From NCBI GenBank assembly GCA_965226585.1, contig OZ245366.1:672001-736000 (forward strand): DNA of 64,000 bases. Direction: 5' to 3'. A program made the translations under genes and the position numbers. Positions 37,283 to 47,482 of the stretch are shown in pieces. The notes beneath the pieces are model-generated. The model made no database searches, was not told the origin of the DNA, and saw only the letters and a list, made by a program, of their open reading frames with translations. The first letter of the stretch is position 1. The number at the start of each line of letters is the position of its first letter. The stretch is from Thermodesulfobacteriota bacterium. Lineage in GTDB: Bacteria; Desulfobacterota_D; UBA1144; Nemesobacterales; Mycalebacteriaceae.

Positions 37283-38446
37283 ATGCCGCGCTCAAAAACT
37301 TTCACGCCGTCACGCCTTGCCGGAGGGCTTGCCCCTTTCTACGTGATGGAGACGCTTGAGGCGGCAAAGCGGATGGAGCGCGAGGGCGCAGACGTGATAC
37401 ACCTTGAGGTTGGAGAGCCCGACCTGCCGACCGACCCTGAGATTTGCTCTGCGGCGGCGGACGCTCTGGAGCGGGGCGAAACTTTCTACTCTCCGAGCCT
37501 TGGTATAGACCCGCTGAGGGAAGGCATCGCCGGGGCGTACAACAAAAAATACGGATTGAAGGTAGAGGCGGACGGCGTTCTCGTAACTTCGGGAAGTTCT
37601 CCCGCTCTTCTGCTTGCCATGATGTGCGTTATCAACCCCGGTGACGAGGTCGTTACAACCTCGCCTTACTACGCCTGCTATCCCGGAATCATAAAGGCTG
37701 CCGGCGGCGTTCCCGTTACCTTTCCCGTTTACGCGGAGGAAAATTATCAGATAGACACGGCGCGGCTTCGCAAGGTTATCAGCCCGAAAACAAAGGCGAT
37801 TGTTCTGAACTCTCCGGCAAACCCAACGGGCGCGGTTCTTGATGACGATGTTTTGAAATCTGTCTGTTCGCTCGGTGTTTTTGTCATATCAGACGAGATA
37901 TATCACGGACTTGAATACGGGGCGCAATCAAAATCCGTTCTCAACCACACGGACGGGGCGGTCGCGGTGAACGGGTTTTCAAAACTGTGCGCGATGACGG
38001 GCTGGCGGCTGGGCTACATGATAGCGCCCCCGGAACTTGTCCGCCCGGCGCAAAAACTTCAGCAGAATCTTTTTATATCGCCCAACACTTTTGTTCAGCA
38101 CGGCGGAGTTGCCGCCATAGAGCATGTTTTTCCCCGCTGTGGAGAGATTGCCGCAATCTACTCATCCCGCCGCGCGGCGATGATAAAGGCGCTTGATAAG
38201 GCGGGGCTTTCCGTGTGCGGAGATCCGGCGGGAGCTTTCTATCTGTTTGTGAAGATGCCCGGAAAAAATATAGACTCTCGCGCTCTGGCTTTTGATATTC
38301 TTGAAAAGACGGCGGTCGCGGTTACGCCCGGAATTGATTTCGGGCCCCTCGGCGAAGGGCATTTGCGCTTTTCATACGCCGCTTCGGTTGAGAAAATTGA
38401 AGAGGGCGTTGGAAGAATAGGGGAGTATTTGCGCGGTCGCGGTTGA
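37283..38446 (+). CDS. PLP-dependent aminotransferase class I/II
   Basis: VGEPD, NSPANPTG, SDEIYH and FSKLCAMTGWRLG motifs. Confidence 0.93.
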   Translation: MPRSKTFTPSRLAGGLAPFYVMETLEAAKRMEREGADVIHLEVGEPDLPTDPEICSAAADALERGETFYSPSLGIDPLREGIAGAYNKKYGLKVEADGVLVTSGSSPALLLAMMCVINPGDEVVTTSPYYACYPGIIKAAGGVPVTFPVYAEENYQIDTARLRKVISPKTKAIVLNSPANPTGAVLDDDVLKSVCSLGVFVISDEIYHGLEYGAQSKSVLNHTDGAVAVNGFSKLCAMTGWRLGYMIAPPELVRPAQKLQQNLFISPNTFVQHGGVAAIEHVFPRCGEIAAIYSSRRAAMIKALDKAGLSVCGDPAGAFYLFVKMPGKNIDSRALAFDILEKTAVAVTPGIDFGPLGEGHLRFSYAASVEKIEEGVGRIGEYLRGRG

Positions 38447-38461
38447 ACGCCCCGTCCTTCC

Positions 38462-39220
38462 GTGTATTTTAGAAAAGTGAAAAGAAAACTTGTCGCGGCA
38501 AACTGGAAGATGAACAAAACCCGCGGGGATGCGGCGGATTTTGCGCGCGCCATTGCGGAGAGGGCGGGGGAGTTTGACTGCGATATTGCCCTGTTTCCGC
38601 CGTTTACGGCGATGGAAGCCGTGAGAAAAGAGACGGAAAACTCCGCCGTTACTCTTGGGGCGCAAAACGTTTTTCATGAGGAAAAAGGCGCCTACACCGG
38701 AGAGATTTCATGCGCGATGCTCGCAGACGCGGGATGCAACACGGTTATCGCTGGACATTCGGAAAGAAGGCGGCTTTTTGGCGACAGCGACGAGATTGTT
38801 GCCGCAAAGGTTTCCGCCGTAACGCAGAGCGGAATGAACGCCATAGTTTGTGTGGGCGAAACGGAGGAGCAGAGAGCGGCGGGCAGAGAGAGAGAGGTTG
38901 TGGAAAAACAGATTACATCAGCCCTTGCGGGAGTGAACCCGGAGCGGGTGTCTGTTGCCTACGAGCCGGTGTGGGCGATAGGGACGGGAAAAAACGCGGA
39001 AAAAGGGCAGATAGAGGACATGCACGGGCACATCAGGGAATCGCTTGAAGTGATTTTTCCGGACTCTTCCGGCGGCATTCGTATTCTCTACGGGGGCAGT
39101 GTGAGCCCGGAAAATGCCGGCTCTGCGGCATCCGCAAAGAATGTGGACGGGATGCTTGTGGGAACGGCAAGCCTTGAATTAGACTCATTCGTTGGCATAA
39201 TAGTTTCACTGTTGGACTGA
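38462..39220 (+). CDS. tpiA: Triosephosphate isomerase
   Basis: ANWKMN, GHSERR, AYEPVWAIGTG and LYGGSV motifs. Confidence 0.97.
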   Translation: MYFRKVKRKLVAANWKMNKTRGDAADFARAIAERAGEFDCDIALFPPFTAMEAVRKETENSAVTLGAQNVFHEEKGAYTGEISCAMLADAGCNTVIAGHSERRRLFGDSDEIVAAKVSAVTQSGMNAIVCVGETEEQRAAGREREVVEKQITSALAGVNPERVSVAYEPVWAIGTGKNAEKGQIEDMHGHIRESLEVIFPDSSGGIRILYGGSVSPENAGSAASAKNVDGMLVGTASLELDSFVGIIVSLLD

Positions 39221-39225
39221 TTAAA

Positions 39226-39537
39226 ATGGAAGTTCTTGTACCACTGATAAAGACCGCGCACATAGGAGTCGCCCTGATAATGATAGTTGTCATTCTCATT
39301 CAGCCGGGCGGCAGTGATGAACTTGGAACCGTTTTCGGGGGCGGAACCTCGGAATCTGTGTTCGGGGCGGGCGGAGCAACAACCTTTCTCGCGAAAGCCA
39401 CAAGGTTTATGGCGGTCATTTTTGTGATGACCTCGCTTCTGCTCGGATACTCGTCTTTCAGGCAGTCTTCTTCATCGGTGTTTGACAAGGGCGGGGGAGC
39501 CGTTGAGGCGCCCGCGGAGAAAACCGCGCCCGAATAG
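39226..39537 (+). CDS. secG: Preprotein translocase subunit SecG
   Basis: Two TM helices with ILIQ...FGGG...FGAGGA loop; conserved tpiA-secG order. Confidence 0.92.
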   Translation: MEVLVPLIKTAHIGVALIMIVVILIQPGGSDELGTVFGGGTSESVFGAGGATTFLAKATRFMAVIFVMTSLLLGYSSFRQSSSSVFDKGGGAVEAPAEKTAPE

Positions 39538-39579
39538 GTTCGGAGTTCGCGGAAGAAAAACGCAAAGGAGGTAACAGAA

Positions 39580-39846
39580 ATGCCTTACATAATAGCGGAA
39601 CCGTGCATTGACGTTAAAGATAAATCGTGTGTTGAGGCCTGCCCCGTTGACTGCATATACGAAGGGGACGACCAGCTTTACATAGAGCCCAATGAGTGCA
39701 TTGACTGCGGCGCGTGCGTTGACCCGTGCCCGGTGGACGCAATTTTTCATGAAGACGAAGTTCCCGACAAATGGGAGAGGTTCATCAAAGAGAACAGCGA
39801 CTTCTTTGAGGGGAAAGAAAATCTCCAGCCCGCAACCAAAGACTGA
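39580..39846 (+). CDS. 7Fe-type ferredoxin
   Basis: CVEACPVDCI and CIDCGACVDPCP motifs; AAGGAGG RBS. Confidence 0.95.
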   Translation: MPYIIAEPCIDVKDKSCVEACPVDCIYEGDDQLYIEPNECIDCGACVDPCPVDAIFHEDEVPDKWERFIKENSDFFEGKENLQPATKD

Positions 39847-40483
39847 CTTTCCGCTCCCGGAGAGAGTTTCACGCATCACGGCTTTTCTGCGCAAAACCTA
39901 CCCGGACGCGAAATGCCACCTGAACTACAGCTCGGCTTTTGAGCTGCTTGTGGGCTCAATCCTCTCGGCGCAGTGCACCGATGAAAGGGTCAACTCAATC
40001 ACGCCGGGGCTTTTCAAAAAATATCCCGCGCCCTCAAACTTCGCCCGCGCGGACGCCGGGGAACTGGAAAAAGACATCTTCAGCACCGGTTTTTACAGAA
40101 ACAAGGCGAGATCCATAATAAGGTGCTCGGGCGAGATTGTCCGCAGTCATGGCGGCAAGGTTCCCGCGACCATGGAAGAGCTTTCCGCCCTTCCGGGTGT
40201 GGGCAGAAAAACCGCCAACGTGATTCTCGGAAACTGGTTCGGAAAACCCGGAATAATTGTTGACACGCACATAACGCGCCTGTCGCGCAGGCTGGCGATG
40301 AGTTCGGCAAAAACGGCTGAGGGGATAGAGAGAGAACTTATGGAAGTTCTGCCGGAAAAAGACCGGACATTTTTTTCCAATTCTCTCGGCGACCACGGAA
40401 GGCTGATATGCAAGGCGCGCAAACCGCTTTGCGAACGTTGCGGTATTTCCGGATATTGCGTGTGGAGAGAACAGAATGTCTGA
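39806..40483 (+). CDS. nth: Endonuclease III (start uncertain; nearest in-frame start is TTG 39806)
   Basis: LSAQCTDERVN, LPGVGRKTANV, VDTH and C-x6-C-x2-C-x5-C motifs. Confidence 0.92.
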   Translation: MRGKKISSPQPKTDFPLPERVSRITAFLRKTYPDAKCHLNYSSAFELLVGSILSAQCTDERVNSITPGLFKKYPAPSNFARADAGELEKDIFSTGFYRNKARSIIRCSGEIVRSHGGKVPATMEELSALPGVGRKTANVILGNWFGKPGIIVDTHITRLSRRLAMSSAKTAEGIERELMEVLPEKDRTFFSNSLGDHGRLICKARKPLCERCGISGYCVWREQNV

Positions 40484-41387
40484 CGGCTCAAAAAACGGAA
40501 AGGTTAATCAGGAGCTTATCTCCATTCCCACAAGCGGAGGCAGTGTGAACGCCATTTTCTACAAATGCGAAACGGACGGCGGCGGGGAAAAGGAGCCGGT
40601 GGTTATCCATGTTCACGGGTTTCTCGGCAACTTTCTTGAGGGCAGTCAGAGATTTCTGCCCCCGCTTCTCGCGTCCGCCGGATACTCGTCCATCTCCATC
40701 AACACGCGCCTTTCAAACTTCAGCCTGTTTTTCGGCTACGGAATGGTGGACAGCACAATCCCTCAGATAGACGGCGTTATAGAGTTTCTCAAAAATCTTG
40801 GCTACACGAAGATAGTTATTTCGGGCTACAGCCTCGGCGGCTGTATCGCGGTGCGGTATATGTCTGCGAAAAAAGGCACGGAAATAGCGGGTTTTTTATC
40901 CGGCATGATAGCCATAGCAACCCCGTATTCAATGCCCGATTCCATACGCAAGAGATGGAACAAGTGGCAGAGCATTCCGTCTTACGACCAGATATACGAG
41001 GAGGCGAAGGAGATACTTGGAAGCGACCCGGAGAACTCGGAGCAGGACAGAACAATTATCGTCCAGAAAGCCCGCGGCGACACCTTCAGCCCCCAGCACT
41101 GCGAGATATACACCTACAAGACATGGTGGTTTCTCGCGGGTCCGGAAGCCAACTGCACAAAAACCTACAAACAGATAGGGGATGTGGAGGTTCCCATACT
41201 TCTCATACAGGGATGGGATGACAAAATTGTCTATCCCAATGAAACACATGACTTGTCACAGAGAGCGACTGACGCGGGCAACGGCGATGTGTCCGCTTTC
41301 TTTCTCAACGCCGGACACACGCTTGAAGGCAAAGAGGAGGAACTTGCGGAAATCATCACAAACTGGATGCAGAGAAGACTGAAATAA
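40476..41387 (+). CDS. Alpha/beta-fold hydrolase
   Basis: HVHGFLGN, GYSLGG nucleophile elbow, QGWDD and AGH triad motifs. Confidence 0.88.
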   Translation: MSDGSKNGKVNQELISIPTSGGSVNAIFYKCETDGGGEKEPVVIHVHGFLGNFLEGSQRFLPPLLASAGYSSISINTRLSNFSLFFGYGMVDSTIPQIDGVIEFLKNLGYTKIVISGYSLGGCIAVRYMSAKKGTEIAGFLSGMIAIATPYSMPDSIRKRWNKWQSIPSYDQIYEEAKEILGSDPENSEQDRTIIVQKARGDTFSPQHCEIYTYKTWWFLAGPEANCTKTYKQIGDVEVPILLIQGWDDKIVYPNETHDLSQRATDAGNGDVSAFFLNAGHTLEGKEEELAEIITNWMQRRLK

Positions 41388-41390
41388 CAG

Positions 41391-42296
41391 ATGGCAGTCA
41401 AACGGAGACAGATTCTCAGCTACAGGTCGCGGGACGGTTTCAATGTTGACTCGCTTCTCACCACTCCGTCCGCCTCAAGCGATGACGACCTCCACAGGAT
41501 ACCGGTGATAATCAACATTCACGGTGTTCTGGGCAATTTTCTCGCACGCGGCACGCCCATAATATTTCCCTCGGCTATGCTTGAAAAGGGTTATTCAACT
41601 CTCTCAATCAACACGCGCATGGCATTTCTCGGGCAGATAATGGGAACGGGGATATTTGAAAAAGCGGCGGATGATGTGGAGTGCTCGGTTGAAACTCTCA
41701 GAAAAGAGGGTTTTGAGAACATCTACATTCTGGGATACAGCATGGGCGCGAACATCGCCGTTGACTATATGGCGGCGGTATCAGACCCTTCGGTAAAGGG
41801 GCTGATACTTGAAGGGTGCTCTTACTCACTGCCGGAATCGCAGAAGAAGCGGCTTGACAGGTGGGGAAGCATTCCCTCCTATGACGACATTTACAAAAAG
41901 GCGCAATCCGTTCTCAAACCCGACCCGGAGACTTCAAAAAACGATCAGATGTTTGTCATTTACAGGGCGTGGGGAGACTCTTTCAACCCGTCTGATGTGG
42001 AGATATTCACCTATAAAACATGGTGGTTTATGCGCGGGCCGTCCGCCCGCCGCGCAAAAACTTGCGACATCATAGGCGGCATTTCCGTGCCGGTGCTGTT
42101 CATCAACGGAGCGGACGACGATATTGTGTTTGCCGGCGAGCCGGAAAAGTTGAAATCCATTCTCAACGATTCGGGAAACAAAAGCGTAGACATAGAGTAC
42201 ATTCCGGGCGCGGGGCACGACTGCATGGAAAATGCCGAAGCGTCTGCCGATGTGATAGACAGGTGGATACGGAAGCTGGAGAAGGGAGGCAATTGA
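41391..42296 (+). CDS. Alpha/beta-fold hydrolase (paralogue of the previous gene)
   Basis: NIHGVLGN, GYSMGA, NGADD and GAGH motifs. Confidence 0.88.
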   Translation: MAVKRRQILSYRSRDGFNVDSLLTTPSASSDDDLHRIPVIINIHGVLGNFLARGTPIIFPSAMLEKGYSTLSINTRMAFLGQIMGTGIFEKAADDVECSVETLRKEGFENIYILGYSMGANIAVDYMAAVSDPSVKGLILEGCSYSLPESQKKRLDRWGSIPSYDDIYKKAQSVLKPDPETSKNDQMFVIYRAWGDSFNPSDVEIFTYKTWWFMRGPSARRAKTCDIIGGISVPVLFINGADDDIVFAGEPEKLKSILNDSGNKSVDIEYIPGAGHDCMENAEASADVIDRWIRKLEKGGN

Positions 42297-42406
42297 GGGT
42301 GATGTTGAAAAACTTCCGCCTATAATATATTTTTTCACCTCTGCGGCGGGTGTGCCGCACGGGTGGTCCGACTTTGACATAAACAGCGGTTACGGTTTCG
42401 TCCGAC

Positions 42407-43963
42407 ATGGCAGAAAAGAGAAAATCAAAAAATCCGGCGGGTCTGCTCTCGCCCCACGGCATCAAAACCTCGGGGCGGGTCTACCACAACCTTACGGTTC
42501 CGCGTCTTTACGAGGAGGCGATTCAGAGAAAAGAGGGGTTTATGGCGGAAGGTGGAGGTCTTGTCGCCTACACGGGAAAACACACCGGACGCTCGCCGCT
42601 TGACCGTTTCATAGTAAAAGACTCATACACGAAAAATTCGGTGAACTGGGGCAAGGTGAACCAGCCCGTCAGCCCGGCGCAATTTGACGCGCTCTACAAA
42701 AAAGCCGCCGCGTACCTTTCCAAAAAAGACGTTTTTGTGAAAGACCTGCGCGTGTGCGCTCATCCGAAATATCAGTCTTCTGTGAGGGTGATAAACGAGT
42801 TCGCGTGGCACAACATATTTGTCAACAACCTGTTCATCAGACCTGAGGGCAAATCCTCCCGCAAGCCGGACTTCACAGTTCTCTGCGCTCCGGGGGTGAA
42901 GGCAATCCCATCGAAAGACGGCACACACTCCGGAACTTTCATAGTACTCAACCTTAAAAAAAGGATAGCGTTGATAGGCGGCACACAGTATGCGGGAGAG
43001 ATGAAGAAATCCATCTTCACAACCCTGAACTTCCTGCTTCCCGAAAAAGACATTTTCCCAATGCACTGCTCGGCAAACATAGGGGGAAAGGGCGATACGG
43101 CTCTTTTCTTCGGCTTGTCCGGAACGGGAAAAACCACTCTCTCAGCAGACCCTGAAAGAAAACTGATAGGCGATGATGAGCACGGCTGGTGGAGCGGCGG
43201 CGTGTTCAATTTTGAGGGCGGATGTTACGCCAAGGCGATACGGCTCAACCCTGAAACTGAACCGGAGATCCATTCGGCTTCGGTGCGTTTTGGCTCAATT
43301 CTTGAAAACGTTGAGATTGATTCTGAGACAAGGAAGATAGATTTTGACAGCGGAAAATACACCGAAAATACAAGGGTCGCGTATCAGATAGACGCTCTGC
43401 CCGGAATCGCGGAAAGCGGAACCGGACCCGCGCCGAAAAACATATTTATGCTTACCTACGACGCGTTCGGAGTTCTTCCGCCCATATCCCGGCTGACCCC
43501 TTCGCAGGCGATGGAGTTTTTCCTGCTCGGATACACCGCCAAAGTTGCCGGAACCGAACGCGGAGTGAAAGAGCCGCAAACTACTTTCAGTTCATGTTTC
43601 GGAATGCCCTTCCTTCCGCGCGCGCCTCGTTTTTACGCGAACATGCTGGAAAAGCGGATGAAAAAATCCGGCGCGAGAGTGTGGCTTTTGAACACCGGAA
43701 TATCGGGCGGACCCTACGGAACGGGAACGAGAATGCCTCTGCCGCAGACAAGGGCGCTTGTTAAAGCCGCTCTTGACAAAACGATTGACAAAGGCGGTTT
43801 TGTGAAAGCCCCCGTGTTTGGTTTGAATGTTCCGAAGTCGTGCCCTCAAGTGCCTTCAAAACTTCTCCAGCCGAGAAAGTGCTGGAAAAGCGCGAAGCAA
43901 TACGATGTGAAAGCGACTGAACTCAAAGAAAGGTTTGAGCGTGAACTGCTTAACTACAAATAA
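42407..43963 (+). CDS. pckA: Phosphoenolpyruvate carboxykinase (ATP)
   Basis: YAGEMKKSIF, MHCSAN, GLSGTGKTTLS, LIGDDEHGW and NFEGGCYAK. Confidence 0.98.
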   Translation: MAEKRKSKNPAGLLSPHGIKTSGRVYHNLTVPRLYEEAIQRKEGFMAEGGGLVAYTGKHTGRSPLDRFIVKDSYTKNSVNWGKVNQPVSPAQFDALYKKAAAYLSKKDVFVKDLRVCAHPKYQSSVRVINEFAWHNIFVNNLFIRPEGKSSRKPDFTVLCAPGVKAIPSKDGTHSGTFIVLNLKKRIALIGGTQYAGEMKKSIFTTLNFLLPEKDIFPMHCSANIGGKGDTALFFGLSGTGKTTLSADPERKLIGDDEHGWWSGGVFNFEGGCYAKAIRLNPETEPEIHSASVRFGSILENVEIDSETRKIDFDSGKYTENTRVAYQIDALPGIAESGTGPAPKNIFMLTYDAFGVLPPISRLTPSQAMEFFLLGYTAKVAGTERGVKEPQTTFSSCFGMPFLPRAPRFYANMLEKRMKKSGARVWLLNTGISGGPYGTGTRMPLPQTRALVKAALDKTIDKGGFVKAPVFGLNVPKSCPQVPSKLLQPRKCWKSAKQYDVKATELKERFERELLNYK

Positions 43964-45497
43964 ACCCGTCCGGCAGTCCGCCGCCGCTGTGAGTCCGCGC
44001 GGCTTCGTGTCTGTTTTTATACTTGCCGCCCTTTCTTTCGCGCTTTTCGCTAACCCCGTTTTTGCGCGGAACGACTCGGTTAAAAAATCGGTTGTCCAGA
44101 TTCAGGTTCAGAAAACCATCCCCTCATACAAACAGCCGTGGATACTTAACGAGTCGTCTTCGGTGTTCGGTTCGGGCTGTGTAATCTCAGGAAACCACAT
44201 CCTCACAAGCGCGCACGTGGTTTCGCACGCGGCGTTTATACACGTGAGCAAATTCGGAGACCCGAACAAATACACCGCGGAACTGCTTTTCATCTCGCAC
44301 GAAGCAGACCTCGCGCTTCTCACGGTCAGAAAGAAAAAGTTTTTCAAGGGAATAAAACCCATACACATAAGCCGCAAACTCGTCCAAACGCAGAAAGAGG
44401 TTGAGGTTTACGGTTTCCCCATAGGCGGCGAAACGATGAGCGTTACCAGAGGAATTGTGTCGCGCGTGGAGCATGAGATTTATTCCCACAGCGTTTACCA
44501 CCTTCTTATGTCGCAACTGGACGCTCCCATCAATCCCGGAAACAGCGGCGGTCCCGTCATTGTTGACGGCGAGCTTGTCGGGGTGGTGATACAAGCGCTT
44601 GTGAGTTCGGAAAACATCGGATACATGGCTCCCACTCCGGTGATAGACCATTTTCTTGACGATGTGAGGGAAGGTTCATATGACGGCTTTCCTGTTCTCG
44701 GCATTGTGGCGCAGAAGGCGCAGAATCCCGACCTCAGGGCGAAAAAACTTATCAGGGAAGACAGCATCGGTGTTCTTGTAAAAAAGGTCGCGCCCGGCTC
44801 TCCGGCGGCGGGAAAAATTGCCAAGGGAGATGTGATTCTCTCAATAAGCGGCACGGAGATATTTTCTGACGGCACGGTTAATTTCAGGGGAAGCGAAAGG
44901 ACAAACTTCTCTCACCTGATTGATTCCCGTCAGATAGGGGACGAGGTTAAGGTGACGGTTCTGAGAGACGGAATTAAGATGGATGTTGACATAGCTCTCA
45001 CAAAGGGCGCCGGGGATTTGCGCCTTGTGAACGCAAACTACGACAGACCCAGTTATTTCATATTTGCCGGTTGTGTTTTCTCGCCGCTGACCTTCAACTA
45101 CCTCAGGTCGTGGGGAGACCGCTGGTACATAAGCGCGCCAAGTTCCCTGCTTTCAAAACTGGCGCAAAACATAAAAAGTTTTCCCGGAGAGGAGGTTGTT
45201 CTTCTCACAAGCGTTCTTCCTTCCGAAATCAACTATGGGTATCACGGACTCACAAACCGCATAATTGAGAAGGTCAACGGCATAAAAATAGAGAACATGA
45301 GGCATCTGGTGAAAGTTGTTGAAAGCGAAGCGGCGACCGTGGAGTTCATAACCTTTGAAGACTCGGACGGGGAGCAGATAGTTTTCTCATCGCAGAAAGC
45401 GCTCAAGAGCGGCGCGCCTCTGCTTGCCACCTACCAGATAGCAAAAGACAGGTCGCCCGACCTTGTTGTTCCCGTTTATGATTCCATGGGGCTTTAG
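43935..45497 (+). CDS. Trypsin-like serine protease with PDZ domains (Deg2/Deg9-like HtrA); start uncertain
   Basis: TSAHVV, EADLALL and INPGNSGGP triad; RPSYFIFAGCVFSPLT second-PDZ motif; signal peptide. Confidence 0.88.
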   Translation: MSVNCLTTNKPVRQSAAAVSPRGFVSVFILAALSFALFANPVFARNDSVKKSVVQIQVQKTIPSYKQPWILNESSSVFGSGCVISGNHILTSAHVVSHAAFIHVSKFGDPNKYTAELLFISHEADLALLTVRKKKFFKGIKPIHISRKLVQTQKEVEVYGFPIGGETMSVTRGIVSRVEHEIYSHSVYHLLMSQLDAPINPGNSGGPVIVDGELVGVVIQALVSSENIGYMAPTPVIDHFLDDVREGSYDGFPVLGIVAQKAQNPDLRAKKLIREDSIGVLVKKVAPGSPAAGKIAKGDVILSISGTEIFSDGTVNFRGSERTNFSHLIDSRQIGDEVKVTVLRDGIKMDVDIALTKGAGDLRLVNANYDRPSYFIFAGCVFSPLTFNYLRSWGDRWYISAPSSLLSKLAQNIKSFPGEEVVLLTSVLPSEINYGYHGLTNRIIEKVNGIKIENMRHLVKVVESEAATVEFITFEDSDGEQIVFSSQKALKSGAPLLATYQIAKDRSPDLVVPVYDSMGL

Positions 45498-45931
45498 CCC
45501 AGAATTTCAAACTCTCTGCCTTTCAGCACGTTTTTGAGTGTGATGAACAGGTACTTTCTTTTTTCGTAATATCTTCCCCTGACGCTCAGGCGGTCGCCTT
45601 TTTTTATGCTTCTGTGAAACCCCTTCAGATAGACGAGCATCACGGCTCCGCCCGCCGGGTCTCTCATCTTGAATATTGTGTACTGCTTTCCTTTGTGGCG
45701 TTTTGTTTTGACTTTGGACGATACCGTCCCTTCCGTTTTTATAACCTTTTTGTGATACTCAGCCGCGCTGTCCGTGATATTGCCTATGGAGAGCGAGTCT
45801 TTGCGGACAAGCGATTTTTCCGCTCCGGGGGCGCGCCGTGTGAAGTCCGGGTAGTCTCCGCTCCACACAACCACGGCGCCCGTAAGCGCGAACATAACAG
45901 CGGCTCCGGCAAAGAAGGGCTTTGCCCTCAT
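45494..45931 (-). CDS. Hypothetical membrane-anchored OB-fold protein
   Basis: N-terminal TM, basic beta-rich domain ending KGDRLSVRGRY; ATGA overlap with fumC. Confidence 0.6.
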   Translation of the reverse strand: MRAKPFFAGAAVMFALTGAVVVWSGDYPDFTRRAPGAEKSLVRKDSLSIGNITDSAAEYHKKVIKTEGTVSSKVKTKRHKGKQYTIFKMRDPAGGAVMLVYLKGFHRSIKKGDRLSVRGRYYEKRKYLFITLKNVLKGREFEILG

Positions 45932-47331
45932 TTTTTCCGTTTTCCGCCTCCAAGCGGTCCCGTCATTGAGCGCGGGTCAAGCAGGGCGGCAATCTTTTTT
46001 GCGGGGAGAACTTTTTTCTCTTCCGCCACCTCTCTCACGGTTTTGCCTTTTTCGTATGCCTCTTTCGCTATCGCCGCCGCAGAGTCGTATCCAATCACGG
46101 GGGCGAGGCTTGTGCACATTGCCAGACTTTCCTCAACACTTTCACCGCAAGTCTGTTTGTTTGCCTCTATGCCGTCCACGCATTTTGAAGCGAACGCTTC
46201 GCACCCGTTAGAGAGAAGGGAAACGGAGTTCAGAAGGTTGTCTGCGATGAGCGGCATCATCACGTTGAGTTCAAAGTTTCCGCTCTGCCCTCCCGTTGTT
46301 ATAGCCGAGTCGTTGCCTATTACCTGCGCGCAGACCTGCGTCAGCGATTCCGCCATCACGGGGTTGACCTTTCCGGGCATTATGGATGAGCCCGGCTGAA
46401 CCGCCGGAAGGTTTATCTCACCGAAGCCGCAACGGGGCCCGCTTCCGAGCCAGCGGATGTCGTTCGCGATTTTCATCAGACTGACGGCGAGAGCCTTGAG
46501 AGAGCCGCTCATCTGAACCGCGGCATCTTTTGCCCCTTGCGCCTCAAAGTGGTTTTTCGCCTCAACAAAACGCGTTCCCGCAAGGCGGCTTATGCGCGCG
46601 GCGGCTTTTTTTCCAAAATTCTTGTGTGTGTTGATTCCCGTGCCGACCGCCGTGCCGCCAAGGGCGAGCTCTCTGAGACCTTCGCATGAAAGTTTGATGT
46701 CTCCCGCTCTTTGCGAAACCATTGCCGCATATCCGCCGAACTCCTGTCCAAGCGTTACGGGCGTGGCGTCTTGAAGATGCGTTCTGCCTATTTTCACAAT
46801 GGAGCTGAAAGCGCGCGCTTTTCGGGAGAGTGATTTTTCAAGTTTTCCGAGCGCGGGAAGAAGTTTTTCCCGTATCTCAATCAGCGCGGATATGTGAGTC
46901 GCAGACGGAATTACATCGTTGCTTGACTGCCCCATGTTCACGTGGTCGTTGGGGTGAATTCCTTTCGCGCCGCCGGGAATCCTGTTTGCCCTGTTGGCGA
47001 TAACCTCGTTTGCGTTCATGTTGGTTGAAGTTCCCGAACCGGTCTGGAAAACATCCACAACAAAATGCCCGTCAAGTTTTCCGTCCATAACCTCTCGCGC
47101 CGCTTCAACAATCGCCCCTCCGGTGCGTTTGTTCAGCAAACCGAGTTCCATGTTGGTTTGCGCCGCCGCCAGTTTTATCATCCCCACCGCCGCCGTGAAA
47201 CCGGGGGGCAGAGTTCTGCCGCTTATCGGAAAGTTCTCAACCGCCCTTGCCGTTTGAGCCCCGTAGAGCGCGCCGGAAGGCACTTTCATCTTTCCCATTG
47301 AATCTGATTCCGTTCTTGTTTTTCCTTTCAT
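45928..47331 (-). CDS. fumC: Class II fumarate hydratase
   Basis: RTESDSMG, QTGSGTSTNMN, GRTHLQDA and GSSIMPGKVNP; start moved to ATG 47331. Confidence 0.95.
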   Translation of the reverse strand: MKGKTRTESDSMGKMKVPSGALYGAQTARAVENFPISGRTLPPGFTAAVGMIKLAAAQTNMELGLLNKRTGGAIVEAAREVMDGKLDGHFVVDVFQTGSGTSTNMNANEVIANRANRIPGGAKGIHPNDHVNMGQSSNDVIPSATHISALIEIREKLLPALGKLEKSLSRKARAFSSIVKIGRTHLQDATPVTLGQEFGGYAAMVSQRAGDIKLSCEGLRELALGGTAVGTGINTHKNFGKKAAARISRLAGTRFVEAKNHFEAQGAKDAAVQMSGSLKALAVSLMKIANDIRWLGSGPRCGFGEINLPAVQPGSSIMPGKVNPVMAESLTQVCAQVIGNDSAITTGGQSGNFELNVMMPLIADNLLNSVSLLSNGCEAFASKCVDGIEANKQTCGESVEESLAMCTSLAPVIGYDSAAAIAKEAYEKGKTVREVAEEKKVLPAKKIAALLDPRSMTGPLGGGKRKK

Positions 47332-47482
47332 ATCCGGTTTTTTCCCTCCAAAGAGCGGAAGCCGCTCCCGCTCAGGCGTGTAGATTACTTGCCGCGCGGG
47401 ATTACCGCAATATGCGCGGCGGCTTGACAGTTGCCGTATGAAAATTAGATTATACCGACTACACAAAACAGAGAGGTTAAAG

